A DNA stretch of 64,000 nt from the human T2T-CHM13v2.0 reference genome, Homo sapiens (GCF_009914755.1 NC_060931.1); one strand, 5' to 3'; numbered from the stretch's first letter, positions 32,080 through 45,700 are shown. Made by a program: numbers and translations. Notes: a model not told the origin generated them from the letters alone.

Positions 32080-34429
32080 AGGAGGTCTCTCTCTCCCTCT
32101 CTCTACAGTGGGTATCACGTGGCTGTGTCCTCAGCCTGCCCTGTGCACAATATTTTCAGAACCTGGAGAACGGCACAGAAGGCACACTTAATAACTCCAC
32201 TAAGGTAAACAAAGACCAATGCCACAGAGAGCAGAATGACAGGGATTCGAAATGTCTTCCACCTGGGAGAATGCCCGATCATAACCTACAGGCTTAACAG
32301 GGATCAACTTTAAACATTACAGGTATGCAAAAACAGCCAACCAAATTAAAAAAAAAAAAAAAGCAACAGATGAGAACAGTGGATGAGAACTGCTCCTGAG
32401 GGTGCAGTTAAAAGGGGCTCTCCCAGCCCTCCCCCACCCCCTGAAACCCTCTCCTGCAGCTACCCTCAGATTTTTGGTGCAAAGGAGAAGACGCAATCCT
32501 ACACGACCCACCATCCGGGTCCCAGAGCTCCCTGGGGCCTTCCTGCAGGCAGTTTCCCAAACCCCTCCTGCCCAGCCAGGGACATCAGCTGAGACGGGTG
32601 GGGCACATTGCTGGAGTCCACCCAAGGGCGCTGAGTCTGCAGATGAACATGTGAACTGCAACAGGGATGGGGTTTGTCATTTCACACAGGATGCACTTAA
32701 AGAAGTAAAATGTTTCAAACCGCAAGTCTATTAAGCTATTGCAGCCGAGTGAAGAGTGACTACCTGTGTCACCTGCATTTTGAAAGCGGAGGCATCACCC
32801 AGCTCATCAGTTCCCTTCCAATGCCTGATACCCTCTCTACCAACTGCACATATGCCTGCTCTAGAACTCTGAACACACACAAGCCGTCAGATACAGTGTA
32901 GTTACAGATTTCACAACTACCCTCCCTCAGCCATGTAATTATACTTTTATTAAATATTAATGTAAAAATGGCAGGGTTTCTACTAATATTATAGTTCCTG
33001 GGTACCAGGTACGGTGCTAGACAGTTTACACACATTCCCACTTAAATCCTGTCTCTAATGGGTACTGTTGCTACCTCATCTTTACAGATGAGGAAAAAGG
33101 AGGACAGCAGCTTGCCCAGCGAATCACATCTCGTAAGCGTGGGTGTGAGACCCATTGGGGCTGAATCAGAGAACATGTCCTTAACAACCGAGCTATGGGT
33201 AACTACAAAATCTGTCACTCAGAGAATTCCTAAAACATGCAGAAACTCCACAAGGCTGAAAAAGGCTGAAAAAAAAAATCCTAAAACATTAGTGAACTTG
33301 GTAAAAGCTGCAGTATCAGCACTCCTATTCTGCCAGTTGCAAGGTGTACAAAACTAGTCCCTCAAATGGAAATAACCTTCATAATAAATGAGCCAGAGCC
33401 ATTTTTCTCACCCAAAGTGACACTGCCTGTTTTGATATTACACTTTAGGTCTATGCAAGAGGAAAGGAAGCAAGAGGTTTTTAAGCAGAGATTTCAGTCA
33501 AACTGATCCTTAAACAAAAACAAGAGCTGCTTCCACCAAAAGCCTGAGATGGGGGAAAAAGAAAAGTCAGCAAGCCAGGTGTCTCGTATCAAGGAACAAG
33601 GGGGATGCTCTTTACTTACAATTGTATTCACACAGGCTGCTGAGGCCAACATGAAAATATCTGGGCAAGCCCTGGTCAGAGTACAAAAAAACTTTTCTCC
33701 CAAATGGTAAGAATGCCTGGCCTGGCAGGGAAAATACCACCACATAAAAAATGATCACATTTTCACTAAAATCATACGGCCTAAAAAACACACAGATCAG
33801 TGGCTTGTACTCCATATTCAGGCACTTATTTCCACATAACTACCTCCAAGTGCAGCCATTCTTGAATTAAAAGCAAAAGTAGTGCATGAGCTGCCTCACT
33901 TTAACCACCCACTCTGCAGTGTTCAGCACAGAAACATCAATTCTGGTTATTCACAAGGGGAGGAGTCTATCAATCATTTACATTTTAAACAGCTCTATTG
34001 AGATATAAATTACATAACATAAATTTCATCTGTTGGAAGTGTACAAACCAATGAATGTTAGTATAATTAAGGATCTGTACAACCATCACCACAATCTAAT
34101 TTTAGAACATTTCCATCACCCTACAAAGAAACCTCCTGCCCAGAGCCTGTCAATCTTGACAAATGGTTTTCCCAAAATAAAATGCCTTTGCCAAGTCAGT
34201 TTTGTTCCTGTTTTTGCATCTGGTATTCCCACATCAATGAGGCATTTTGGCCGAAAGGGGGACAGCACTAGCTCTAGAATTTCTACAGAAGAGTAGCTAC
34301 ATGACCTTGGGGAAGACATTAAACCACCCTGTGTGAGTATAACCTCCAAGGACTATTGAAGATTTAGTGTGATCACACATGGAAAGCACGGCTCAGTAAA
34401 TCTCAGCTGCTATTTTTACTACTGCCACT

Positions 34430-35290
34430 ACTGCCCCTGCCTCCTCCTCCTCTGCGGTCACTACCTCCCCTCCCGACATTTCCACCAGCACTCCACCCCT
34501 TCCCACCACCTCCTTCCATCTCCATCACTTCTCCTGCCACATCAGCTCCTCCTCTACCTTCTCCACCTCCTCCACCGCCACCTCCATCTCCTCTACCACC
34601 CCCACCATCATTTCATTACCACCTCCATCATCACCTCCAGCACTTCAACCAACTCCTCTACCATCTCCACCATCTCCTCTACTATCTCCACCATCACCTC
34701 CACCTCCTCTGCTACCTCTATCACCTCCACCTCCTCCACCATCTCCATCCTCACCTCCACCTCCTCTACCATCTCCACCATCACCTCCACCTCCTCCACC
34801 ATCACCTCCACCTCCCCCATCACCTCCACCTCCTCCACCACCACCTCCACCTCCTCCATTGTCACCTCCACCTCCTCCATCCTCACCTCCACCTCCTCTA
34901 CTATCACATCACCTCCACCTCCTCCACCATCTCTATCCCTCACCTCCACCTCCTCCATCTCCTCTACCACCTCCACCATCACTTCCACCATCTCCACCAT
35001 CACCTCCACCTCGTCCACTTCCTCTACCACCTCCACCCTCACCTCTAGCTCCTCCTCCTCCTCCACTACCTACCCCTTCATCACCACTTCCACCCATTCC
35101 ATCACCTCTGCTCCTTCCCACCACCCTTCACCTCTTACATCTCCAACACCTCCATTGCTACCAACACATCCACCTCCACACTCTTCATTATCTCTATATC
35201 CTCCTCCCCCTCCACCACCACCTCTACCATCACCTCTACCTCTTCCTCCCCTACCTTCACCCCTCCTCACCACTTCCTCCATCCCCAACT
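34430..35290. repeat. Degenerate (CCA/CCT/TCA)n tandem repeat with extreme strand asymmetry
   Basis: Repeated units such as ccatcacctccacctcct; fewer than ten G on the + strand between about 34580 and 35290. Confidence 0.95.
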
Positions 35291-35553
35291 TCAACAAAAA
35301 GGCAACTATTCAGACACCAAAATATCCACATGTATTAACATAATATTAATTTGTTAGAATAGTCAACATGTAGCAGTACCTTAATCGATCATGAGTTCTA
35401 GAGTAACTTAACAGTCTGAGAAATCAGAAGATCAGAATCTCTAAACTACCCACTTAATAATTTTGACAACACAATCTTTAAAGTACCACAAGAGGATCAG
35501 TGACAATGCAAGTTATAGTCAAATTATATTTATATACTTTAAATATAACTTGA

Positions 35554-35852
35554 GGCCAGGAGCAGTGGCTCATGCCTGTAATCCCAGCACTTTGGGAGGT
35601 CAAGGTATGCAGATCACGAGGTCAGGAGACTGAGACCATTCTGGCTAACACGGTGAAACCCCGTCTCTACTAAAAATACAAAAAATTAGACGGGTGTGGT
35701 GGCGGGCGCCTGTAGTCCCAGCTACTCAGGAGGCTAAGGCAGGGGAATGGCGTGAACCCAGGAGGCGGAGCTTGCAGTGAGCCGAGATTGCACCACTGCA
35801 CTCCAGCCTGGGCTACATAGCGAGACTCTGTCTCAAAAAAAAAAACAAAAAA
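35554..35852 (+). mobile_element. Alu (AluY-like)
   Basis: ctggctaacacggtgaaacc, gaatggcgtgaacc, ggagcttgcagtgag diagnostic of AluY. Confidence 0.95.
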
Positions 35853-36899
35853 CGGAGTGCAATCCTGAGCCCTCCTGAGCTCCCAGGTGGGGTGCACAAA
35901 GCCATTGCAATTGCACTGAACCCAACTTCTTCAGCTTCAAGCTTCTCGTTTTCTCTCTGGGTCCCACAACCCCAGCAACCTCTACACTAAAACCAGAGAA
36001 CCAAACCATGTGCGGCTGTGAGAGTGATCAACAGAGCCAGGGTTGCCCTCCTAGCAGATCAGGGCCGTAGGAGGCACATGACACACCCACATTCTTCCCC
36101 CATGAGCAGAAGGAAGAGAGAAATCTCTTCCTTGAACTTTCTCAACAATAATCTCAGAATTTGGAAATAACTCTCATTGTCCTGGCTGACCAGGAAAAGG
36201 CCCCAGGGTTTGATATGATGAATCCTTGGTGGTGGCTTTTCCTCATTTCTAAGTCCCTCCCACAGGTAGAGGGCAGGGGGCCAAGGGTAAATGGCAGCCA
36301 ATGCCAAGAAGCTGGAGGCGGAATGAGGTAAGCTAGGTCTGGCCTGGAGCTCCAGCCTGGGGCTCCCAGGTGTGGCAGCCCTTTGAAGGGCAGGCGCGAT
36401 CTGGAGCAGGGAAGGGCATGGAGCAGCTTCCAGGTGCAAGCAGAAGGGCTGGGCTGGCAGGGCAAGAGGACGGCGGTTCATAGTGATGCTCCCCAGAGGC
36501 TTTGGATAAAGCTCGTTTTATTCATAAAAATGAATAAACAGCACAGATCCCAGGGCTCAGGAAACTCAATCCCTCTGCCAAAGAGTGACTTTTCCCAGTA
36601 AGACCAAACTCGGGCAGCCATTACAGCAGGAACAATTGGTGGATCCCAACCTTGCTGTGGGCCATAAGAAACAGTTCACCTCGCCCTTCAGGTATGAAAA
36701 ATCTTATTGTGGCATGAGCCAAATGTTTACAAACTGCCAGTGTGACAAACTATGATTCTGAGCAAATAACTTCACTCTCTGGGCCTATTTCCTCACCAAT
36801 AAAATCAGGTTTTTGGACCATATGACGTCTAAACTTCTTCTGAGTTCCAAAGCTGGGTCTGCACACTCCACAAAAATGTTCCAAAGCAAATCTACTCCT

Positions 36900-38060
36900 A
36901 GAACCACGGTTAAAATAATATCATGGGTGACTTCTGAGCTTCTGGCCAATATGGAATATAAAGGATTAGATGTACCCTCTCCCCCTAAATAACTAAAACT
37001 GAAACAGTTTTCATACATTTGACAACAGGCAGCATGGGACAGTGATTCCTGAGACATGATCCACATGACGCAGCCCTACTAGTGCCCACTCACTGGCTGG
37101 AGAGAGCTTCCAAGCTGCAGCGCAGGGAGGGGGAATCTCCCTTCCAGGCAGAGCCTAGGATCGTCCTAAGGAGACAGAGTTCAACACTCAGGAAGGTCAA
37201 GGCAGAGAGGAGAGCGCTCAAGAGAGGGGGCTCTCCACACACATCTCCAGCTGAGGATTAATGACGCATGCATGTAAGGAAAATACCAAGACTGGGAAGA
37301 ACCACCAGAATGAAGGAGACAGAGCCATCTGGAGAGAAGCGTGTTCCCACCAACCCAAATGGAAAACTTCCTTACGCATGGGACACAAGACAGCCCTCAG
37401 AAGGGTCCTGCCTCAACAGTGGGGGCAAATTAGCCCCAAACTAAAAGTGACTCTGGGCCCAGCTAACAAAGCTTATAAGCCAGCCTCAAAAGGGTCAAAC
37501 TATTTCCAAGAAGCTTCTTTCCAGAATAAAGCCCAAAATATTTAAAAGAATAGCCCCCTCCCAAGAAGTAGCCAACACCCAACCAGGTGAAATTTACAAT
37601 GACTGGGATCGAAACAAAAAGTACCAGGCATGAAAAGAAAATAAAACCCATAACGATAAGGGAAATCAGCCAAGAGAAACGGATACAGAAATGTCCAAGA
37701 TGAAACAGCAGGCGATATATTAAAATGATGAAGATAAATATGCTCTGTGCATTCAAGAAGGAAAAGCAAAGCATGAGTGATAAGGAGAGAAGTGGAAGAT
37801 ATAAAATGACCAAATCCAACCCTACAGATGAAAAATGCAACACAGGAGATGAAAAATATGTGGGCAGGATTAACCAGACATTGGACACCACGCTTCTCTC
37901 CCCTCCCTCCATCCCCAGTGACCAATCTCCAAAGACACACTGTGAGGCTCCCTCGCCCAACGGCTGGCGTGGTCTGGAGAGGTCTAGGGTAGGAGCACCC
38001 TATGAAGACATAGTAATAGAAACTATCCAGAATGGCACACAGAGAGAAAAGGAAGATGGA
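36900..38060 (+). mobile_element. Old L1M 5'/ORF1-region fragment
   Basis: aaatttacaatgactggg...accaggcatgaaaagaaa, tgaagacatagtaatagaaactatccagaatg are old-L1 ORF1-region phrases; boundaries approximate. Confidence 0.55.
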
Positions 38061-40556
38061 AAAGATTACGATAAACTACCTCCAAATGATGAGGCCAGAT
38101 GAGGGGAGGGAGGAAGGAGCTCAGGTTTGGGGCCAGAGAAAATAAAGGCTGCAGCCAGCACTTTCTGCATTCCCGCTATTTGGCCGGGCTGGATAAGTCA
38201 ACCAAAGTTTCTGAGCCTCACTTTTATTGTAGGCAAATTTGGATCATACCCATTTCAAAAAGTTTGGTAGGAAAACTGAGTGAGATGAGGTATACAAAGT
38301 CCTGTCACAAAACACATGCTAGCTCCCTTCTCAAACTCCAAGGAGACAGTCTCCCACTTTGTGGCAGCCTAACAACTGCAAGGGGGTATCAAGGACAGAA
38401 ACACAGAAAGTCTTCACCATTCCTTCCACTCAGAGGTGAACCTACTCTTACGTACTTGAAAAGCAGTTATAAGCACAATAGTCTGGTTACTGCTCCAGCT
38501 TCAACAAACAGCAAGGGAGTCAGGGGCAACTGGGCTCCACCACAGGAAGCAGTTGCCAGGCCATGTGCTCCTAATGCTGCCACCGCAAGGAGAGACACTC
38601 ACTCACATGAGAAGCTTGAAGAGTGTGTGTGTGTGTGTGCATGCGCATGCGTCACAGTCACATATATATGTATATATACATAAATATGAAATTTGAACCA
38701 TGTGTGGAAACACAAGTAATACAAACTTAAAATGTACACAGATACAGGTAATCTACAGATATGACAACAGGCCCCTCCTTATCCACCACTGAAGCTACAA
38801 AACATTTCTTTACCTAAACACTTTCTCCCTAAGTTAGGAACCTCGTTCATTATCAGTAGATCTGAAGACAGCGTATCTTCTCCTGTGTCCATATTATCAA
38901 CCAGGTGTTTAGATGGAAATTGCTTTTTAGCACCACTTAGCCAAGGCCTCATTCTCTGAAATGAGGTTCTTGGGGTCTCTGGACCCATTGAGGAGCGATG
39001 GTCAGATACACAGATCGGTTCACCCTGTGCTGGTACCAGCTCCTGAAGGGACCTACGAGACGCAACCACAAGGCCATGGCCATGCTTTGCTTGACCCCAC
39101 TCCAGACTGCTCAACATGCAGCAGGCCCAGTTCTGATCCCCCCAGGCAGAGACTCCTCTGTCACTCCAGGGAGTCCAAAGGGCCCTGGGCGCCCAGCAAA
39201 GGGAGGAGGCCAGGGACTCAGTCGGCCCAGACAATTCCAGCCCACTGACTAAGTGCCAGGACAAAGAGGGGACAGGGGATTCCCAAGGCAAGATCCGGAG
39301 GCTTGCGGAACTGTGTCCAGCAGGAAGGAAGAAAGGGAAGGGGATCCAAGCTCCCTCAAATCAAGAAGCCCAGTGCCCAGTTCAAGGGAGAATTAACAGA
39401 GAGAGGGGAGGCCAGTTTGGGGAATGGGAAAATGAGTTTGGTTTGAAATGTCCTTCTTCTGAAATGCTGGCATTACCTTCACCTCCCTGAATGCCAGTCA
39501 GCCATCTGCATGGGTTAGTTACCCATGCAGAAATCAGTCAGCCTCCAACTCCTCCTTATCCACCTATGAACTGCTTACTGATCCTGATTATTTTGCCTTC
39601 TACATCCACTTCCACCCACACTTTCTTCTCACGGCCACTGCGGCGCCCTCGGCTCAGGCTGCTCACTGCTGCTTCCTGAGCACACTGACTGAGATCAGTG
39701 AGAGCTCACTCTCACACGAGGATCCCAGAGTATAGAACTCAGGGACTCTCCAGCCTGGGTCTTAAACCCGCACTCTACATCTAATATTTCAGTTTTTGAG
39801 GACCACAGATCTAACTTTACTCCAAAGTAATTTGTACATTAAGGGCAGGTTTCAAAAACACATTAACACCCAGTTCACCAGGAGCCCAACGTTAAGTCCC
39901 GTGCATACTGAAATTGTAACCGTCGAAACCCTGAGAGCAGAGGTTGCCATTCACAGCTCTCAGGGTCAAGAGCGCTTAAGCAGCAAGAGGGGTCCTGCAA
40001 TTACTGTCCAATGTCTAAGCTTGTTGAACCCCTCAAAATCTTTACCCAAGGGTGACACAGTCATGGATAACCAATCACAGAGTTTCAGAGACTTGGAGTA
40101 TCCAACCTCTTGGTCACCCAAGCAGAAGAAAAATATAGTCAATCTTCAGAGAGGCTGATCCATTCAACAAATATTTACCAAGCAATTACTCTATGCCCAG
40201 CACATGAGTGTTTAAAGCAACAATCCTGCCCTATGGAGTTTGTATTTTATCTAAAGAAAACAAGTAGTGAGCAATAAACACACCATTTACTTGTTATAAT
40301 CTGAGAATGCAGTGCTATGGAATAAAAGAACAGAACAGAGCTGGATAAACGGGGCGGAGACTGCAATTTACACAGAACACAAGGGAAGGCCTCACTGAAA
40401 AGGGGTCCAAAAGTGAAGACTGCAAGGAGGAAGGGCCAGGCCCACAGGTGTCCTGTGACACCTACATGAAGGAGGAAAACAAGGCAAAAGAATATCACTG
40501 CAGGCAGAGACAGAAGGCCCTGCAAAGGGAATTCATCTTAAGAGTGACCATCCTTT

Positions 40557-40880
40557 GAAGCTGGAAGCCATCATTCTCAGCAAACTAACACAGGAACAGA
40601 AAACCAAACACTGCATGTTCTCACTCATAAGCGGCAGTTGAACAATGAGAACACGTGGACACAGGGAGGGGCACATCATACACTGGGGCCTGTCGGGGGT
40701 AGGGGGCGAGGGGAGGGAGAGCATTAGGACAAATACCTAATGCATGGGGGGCTTAAAAACCTAGATGATGGGTTGATAGGTGCAGCAAACCACCATGGCA
40801 CATGTATACCTATGTAACAAACCTGCACGTTCTGCACATATATCCCAAAATTTAAAGTAAAATTTAAAAAATAAAAAAAA
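40557..40880 (+). mobile_element. L1PA-type 3' end (5'-truncated insertion)
   Basis: Near-consensus L1PA 3' UTR with G-rich tract and A tail; TSD AAGAGT(G/A)ACCATC on both sides. Confidence 0.93.
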
Positions 40881-42315
40881 AGAGTAACCATCTTTAACAA
40901 TTACACGGATGCCACTTTCTCCATGAAATAAATGCTACAACCAGCTCCTTACATTTCCACTACACTTTGGAATTTCCTACCAAGAATGACAAGTTTTGTT
41001 TTTCCTGTGAGTTTACTCCTTTTATAGGTTTTTTTTTTTCTTAAGTCATACTATCAAGTGATCAAATCCGAGTTCCTGCATGCTACGCAGGATCTCTGGC
41101 ACCTAGAAATAGCTGGTGGAGACACATTCTTCTGCCCCCCACTCCAGCTGCTGGGAGCGGGGCTGAAATCCTTCACAGAACTTGAATGCCTCTCAACAAA
41201 CACCAGAGAACCCCTAGCAGAGCTGCAGGCTGAAGCCCATCTTCAGATAAAGAAACACGGTTTCCTACCACTTTTCCAGAAACACTAACAAACACATCAA
41301 CTAAGTCACAGAAAGTTCAGTAAGAGGAAAAACTAAATACAAGCTAAATATTTACTTTCTTCTTTAAGATCAATGATAGGAAAACCTCACAAAAGTTAAA
41401 AATAATGTTAATAATTCATATCACAGTCACTTCGAATACTTTGTTTCTAGTTAAGATGATAATAATAATAAATGTACCAGTAGCCAGTTTCGCAGAGTCT
41501 GCTTGAAACACACATAAATATTTAACAGGTTCTGGGGAAACTGCTAAAGTGACAGTATTGACTGCATGATGAAAACTGGATCGCAAACCCTACCTAAGTG
41601 ACCCCCTTTGTCGAGACTCATAACCGGTGGCAGCAAACACAGGTGATGAGGCCCATCTGACACCAGGCGCCAAAAAGGCCCAGAGAGCAGAGGACAGGCA
41701 CATCCCGGACGGGGAGCCCAGCACATATGGCAACACTTAAAACCCCAAGGAAAAATAACAGTGAAAGCAAGTCATCCCAACTAAACATGCATGGTACAGG
41801 AATATAAAAATATAATTTAAACATAGTTACCACCTTAAAAGACCAGACACTTCAATCAGAAAGTAAGTAAAGAAGCTTATGTTTAAATTACTCTGTATGC
41901 TTTTAATAAAAGGAATAATTTTAAGGTTCCTCTCTCTGCCAAAGTACACCATTAAAAAAAAAAAAAAAGTTGCCGTTTCCTAAATTTTCATCAATGTATT
42001 TACTGCTTGTTTAAAATAGCATTTTTCTCTGCCTGGCTGTCTAAAGCACGATATTATCCAATAGCTTTTCTCTTCTGCAACTGAGTGAGCAATCACAGAA
42101 GCTGCACGGCACCCAAATCCAGTGCAGGAAATTGTCGCAATAAATACCCTCTTCATCCAGGTGCCAGAAAGAAAAGAAAAGAAACGCCCTGCTTCATTGA
42201 AAAGTTTCATAAATTGTTAACATGAACACCACATACAGTATTTGCCATATTCAAACAATTTTAACACAGTAAAGGTACCCAAACACGAAACTATTTTAAA
42301 CTTTCCTGGAGAATA

Positions 42316-42700
42316 CAGTAGTCCCCCCCTTATCCTGGTTTTACTTTCTGCAGCTTCAGTTACCCACAGTCAACTGTGGTCCAAAAATATTAAATGGACA
42401 ATTCCAGAAATAAATAATTCATCAGTTTCACACTGTGTGGAGGAGAGTGATGAGATCCTGCACCAACCCGCTTTGTCCTGCCCAGGATGCGACTCCTCCC
42501 TCTGCCCAGGATGCGACTCCAAGATCCACGCTGCAGGCGCTGCCTGCCCATGAGTCACAGAGGAGCCGTCGCAGTGATCATCAGATCAACTGCCGCGGAT
42601 CACAGAGCTTGAATTCAAGTAGCCCTTACTATACTGAATAACAGCGCCAAAGTGAAGAGGAACAATGCTGGCCATTTGAGTATGCCAAAGAGAAGCAACT
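42316..42700 (+). mobile_element. MER44/Tigger7-type DNA transposon fragment
   Basis: TA|CAGTAGTCCCCCCTTATC terminal repeat followed by aaaatattaaatggacaattccagaaataa. Contains a 19-bp direct repeat ctgcccaggatgcgactcc (42478, 42502). Confidence 0.8.
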
Positions 42701-45700
42701 CATGACAAAGTGAGCCCACCCCACCTGCTACCACCTTCTTGCTCTGCTGGCCCAAGCCCCGGTCTGTTAGCTCTTGTCTCTGCCCCTCGTAGGGCTCTGC
42801 AGCTTGAGAATTAGGTGTTCTGACCTGGGCTGGGGACGGGGTCTCACCTCACCATGTCACCCATTCCCCACTGGGTAGGGGCCAAACAGAAGGGTGATAG
42901 GTCTCCACTCTGTCCTCAAGCAGAATCTGGGGTGGCTGAGGATGGGGGAGGACAGACGACAGCATAAGGAGGGGTCAGGCAGAGGGAGGCCCAGGACTGG
43001 CTGCAGGAATGCAAGAGAAGGCTCCATGGGGGTGTGGCAGGGACTGCTGTGGGAAGGGAAGGTGTCTGGGCTGAAGTCCAGGGAAATGGCCCAGGCCAAG
43101 AAACGGAAGAAGAAGACAGCGCGTGGAGCGGGGAGAAGGGAGCAGAGCAGTTCAGTATTACTGGTGGCAAAGGAGAGCCCAGGCTGCTGGTAGGGAGGAT
43201 CAGGCCAAAGACAGGCTGAGGAGGCTGGCCCGGTCACTATGCTACCTCCTATGCCCTCCTCTCCTGTCTCTCCTGCACCCCAGAGGCAGGGTGTACCACG
43301 GGCCCAGTAGCTCCCAGCTTCCCAGGCTGTCCCCCACCAGCTGAGCCCCGAACCCTTAACCTGCACCACGCCACAGCCCCTCTGCCCTGCCCACTCTCAT
43401 GCCCACTCAGGAGGCCAAGGACTGGCCATAAACTTACGTTCAAGGACTTCCTGCAAGGGTCATTCCAAGATCCAAAGCGGCTTCCTAAGGTGATAGAAAG
43501 GTCCCCTGGAAGGCCCCAGGGTAACCCCGCCTGGCACCAAAGAAGTGTCAGGGCAAAGATGTTGGATGGCACAGACAGAGCAGCTCTGAGAGCATCTGTA
43601 GTCCCATGAGCTTGCAGCAAGGTGGGAAATTCCATGTGTTCGAAGATTTCAAAGCCACAGAAAGCACATTCCCATCTGCCAGGAGAACATAGTTGATGGG
43701 GGCACATGGGCAGCAACAGCTTCAAAGCCCTGTGACAAGCACTCAAGAAAGGGGAGTCCAGGGTGAAGAGGTGACAGAACCAGTGATGCGAGCCAGGGTG
43801 ACAGGGCCCAGAGTGACCGGATGATGGGGGATGGACTATGGGGGAGAATGCCAGGGTGACAAGGTGACAGAGTGATGAGGTGGGGTGACAGGGTACCGCC
43901 CCCTCTCCTTCCCCGACATTACTTATACCTGGCCTCCAAACACACAGCTTGTTCTCCATAAAGCCTCTCCTCAGAAGCTGCCCTCAATGTCCTCCTTGGG
44001 TAGGGTTATTTTTAATCCCATTTCACCCACCTTAGGTAAAGATAGCGCTCTCAGGATTAAGTTGTTTCTCTAGATGCCCTGGCACTCACCCCTCATACTG
44101 CACAAGCTACAAAGGCCACATTTACGCCTTAGAAAGCTGAAAAATCCATATAAGTACCCTGCAAATGCCAAGAACCTGACCTCAAAGACCAATTTAATTG
44201 GAATTAACACCTTCACAATGTCGAAAAATAAAATACATTTATATAAAATTTACTTTTCTTTTAGTGAAGTTCTGAAGGGACAAGTAAAGCAAAATATAAC
44301 CTTATAGCTATTTTTTCACAATACCAAGTAGCTTTTTTTTCTTTAAAAAAAGAGAAAAGTTGCAGTGAAGCAATGATGTCCTTGGCAGTGAAGGACTCAA
44401 ATTCCAACTCTGTGTCCACAGACAGAGGGGTCAGGTGTTTCCTTATTTAGAGTCATTAAACAACAGGTACAATTCTCCTTCCTCTATTACTTGGGTACAT
44501 CCTTTAAGCCCCGGCTATGTCTTACACACTTCTGTATTCCCAGAATGGGCAACCACAAAGAAACTGCCAATCATTTCCTCATTGTCCAAAGAACGAAATG
44601 TTCTAATGTTGTTTGGTCCCATCTTACAAATTAGCTGGGTTTCAGCTGAGGTCTGGAAATGAAGGATGAACCCCTCAGCCAGTACCCCAGAGCCTGCTAA
44701 ACCAGAGTCTGGGGGCAAAGGAAGACGATGAAGGGTTTTTAGCGATCCAGCCCCTTGGATCCCAGGAGCAAAGGCCCTGTTCAGGGTTCCAGCGAAGTGC
44801 CCCTGGTCAACTGGGATTTCCTAAGGCCCCACTAGTTGGGTGGTCCCTGGAGGCTCTCATTTCATAACAGTGCAGGTATAACTGTCAGCCTCACACGCCT
44901 GAAGCGGTACTGGGATTCAAACCTGGGGCCTGCATGCCTCCTGGGCTGGCTCACCTCCCGCTGGCCACATGACCCTCCAAAACGGTGTAGACTCTTGATG
45001 GAGAAAAGACTAGAACAGCTGCTCAAGGCAAACAGACATAGGAAGGTGGGAGGTAGGTCACACTGAGAGCTACAGAGGGACCCACAGGCACCCTCCAACC
45101 TTCACGCCCTAGTGCAGTGGCAAGGAGCTGGTTAAGGACGGTTAGCAAAAGCACAGCGGAGTCACATCAGGCCTATAGGGAAGAGTGGACAACACAGTGG
45201 GAGGGCACAGATGCTGTCCCCCATGATCCGCCACTGGCTGGAGGCAGTGGACTCGCACGTTCCAGCAGCGCCTGAGGAAATCTCACCATGCACAAATGAC
45301 ACACCAAGGCCACAATGGGTCATAAACGCAAAGCTTCAACTTTGCAAACTGGAGCTGCCAAGGACAGAAAAACCACAGGCATGACTGTGATATCCTGAGA
45401 TAGCCAAGACTAGTGCTTCAGGAGCCACCTGCGGGGAAGAAGCAGTTTTTGCTGTCCCTGTCAACCTGTCAAGCACGGATACTTCACAACTCACATAGCA
45501 ATGAATTGCCAGAAAGTAAAATAAAACAAAAATACGATACACACCCACATTTTTATTCTTAAGTTCAACATTCAAATTGCTATAAAATCTCTAAACACAT
45601 TTTCTCAATGTCTCTACTTATCATGAACTGGAAATAAACACGACCTGGGACACAGCAGTGGGTGCATGAAGAGACCTTCCTTCAAAAAAGTCAACATTGT

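Noticed and set aside
34369-35343. 324-aa Ser/Thr/Pro-rich ORF resembling a mucin, plus overlapping Glu/Val- and Gly-rich ORFs
   Set aside because: Entirely explained by the stop-poor CCA/CCT repeat; non-ATG start, no splice or promoter support.
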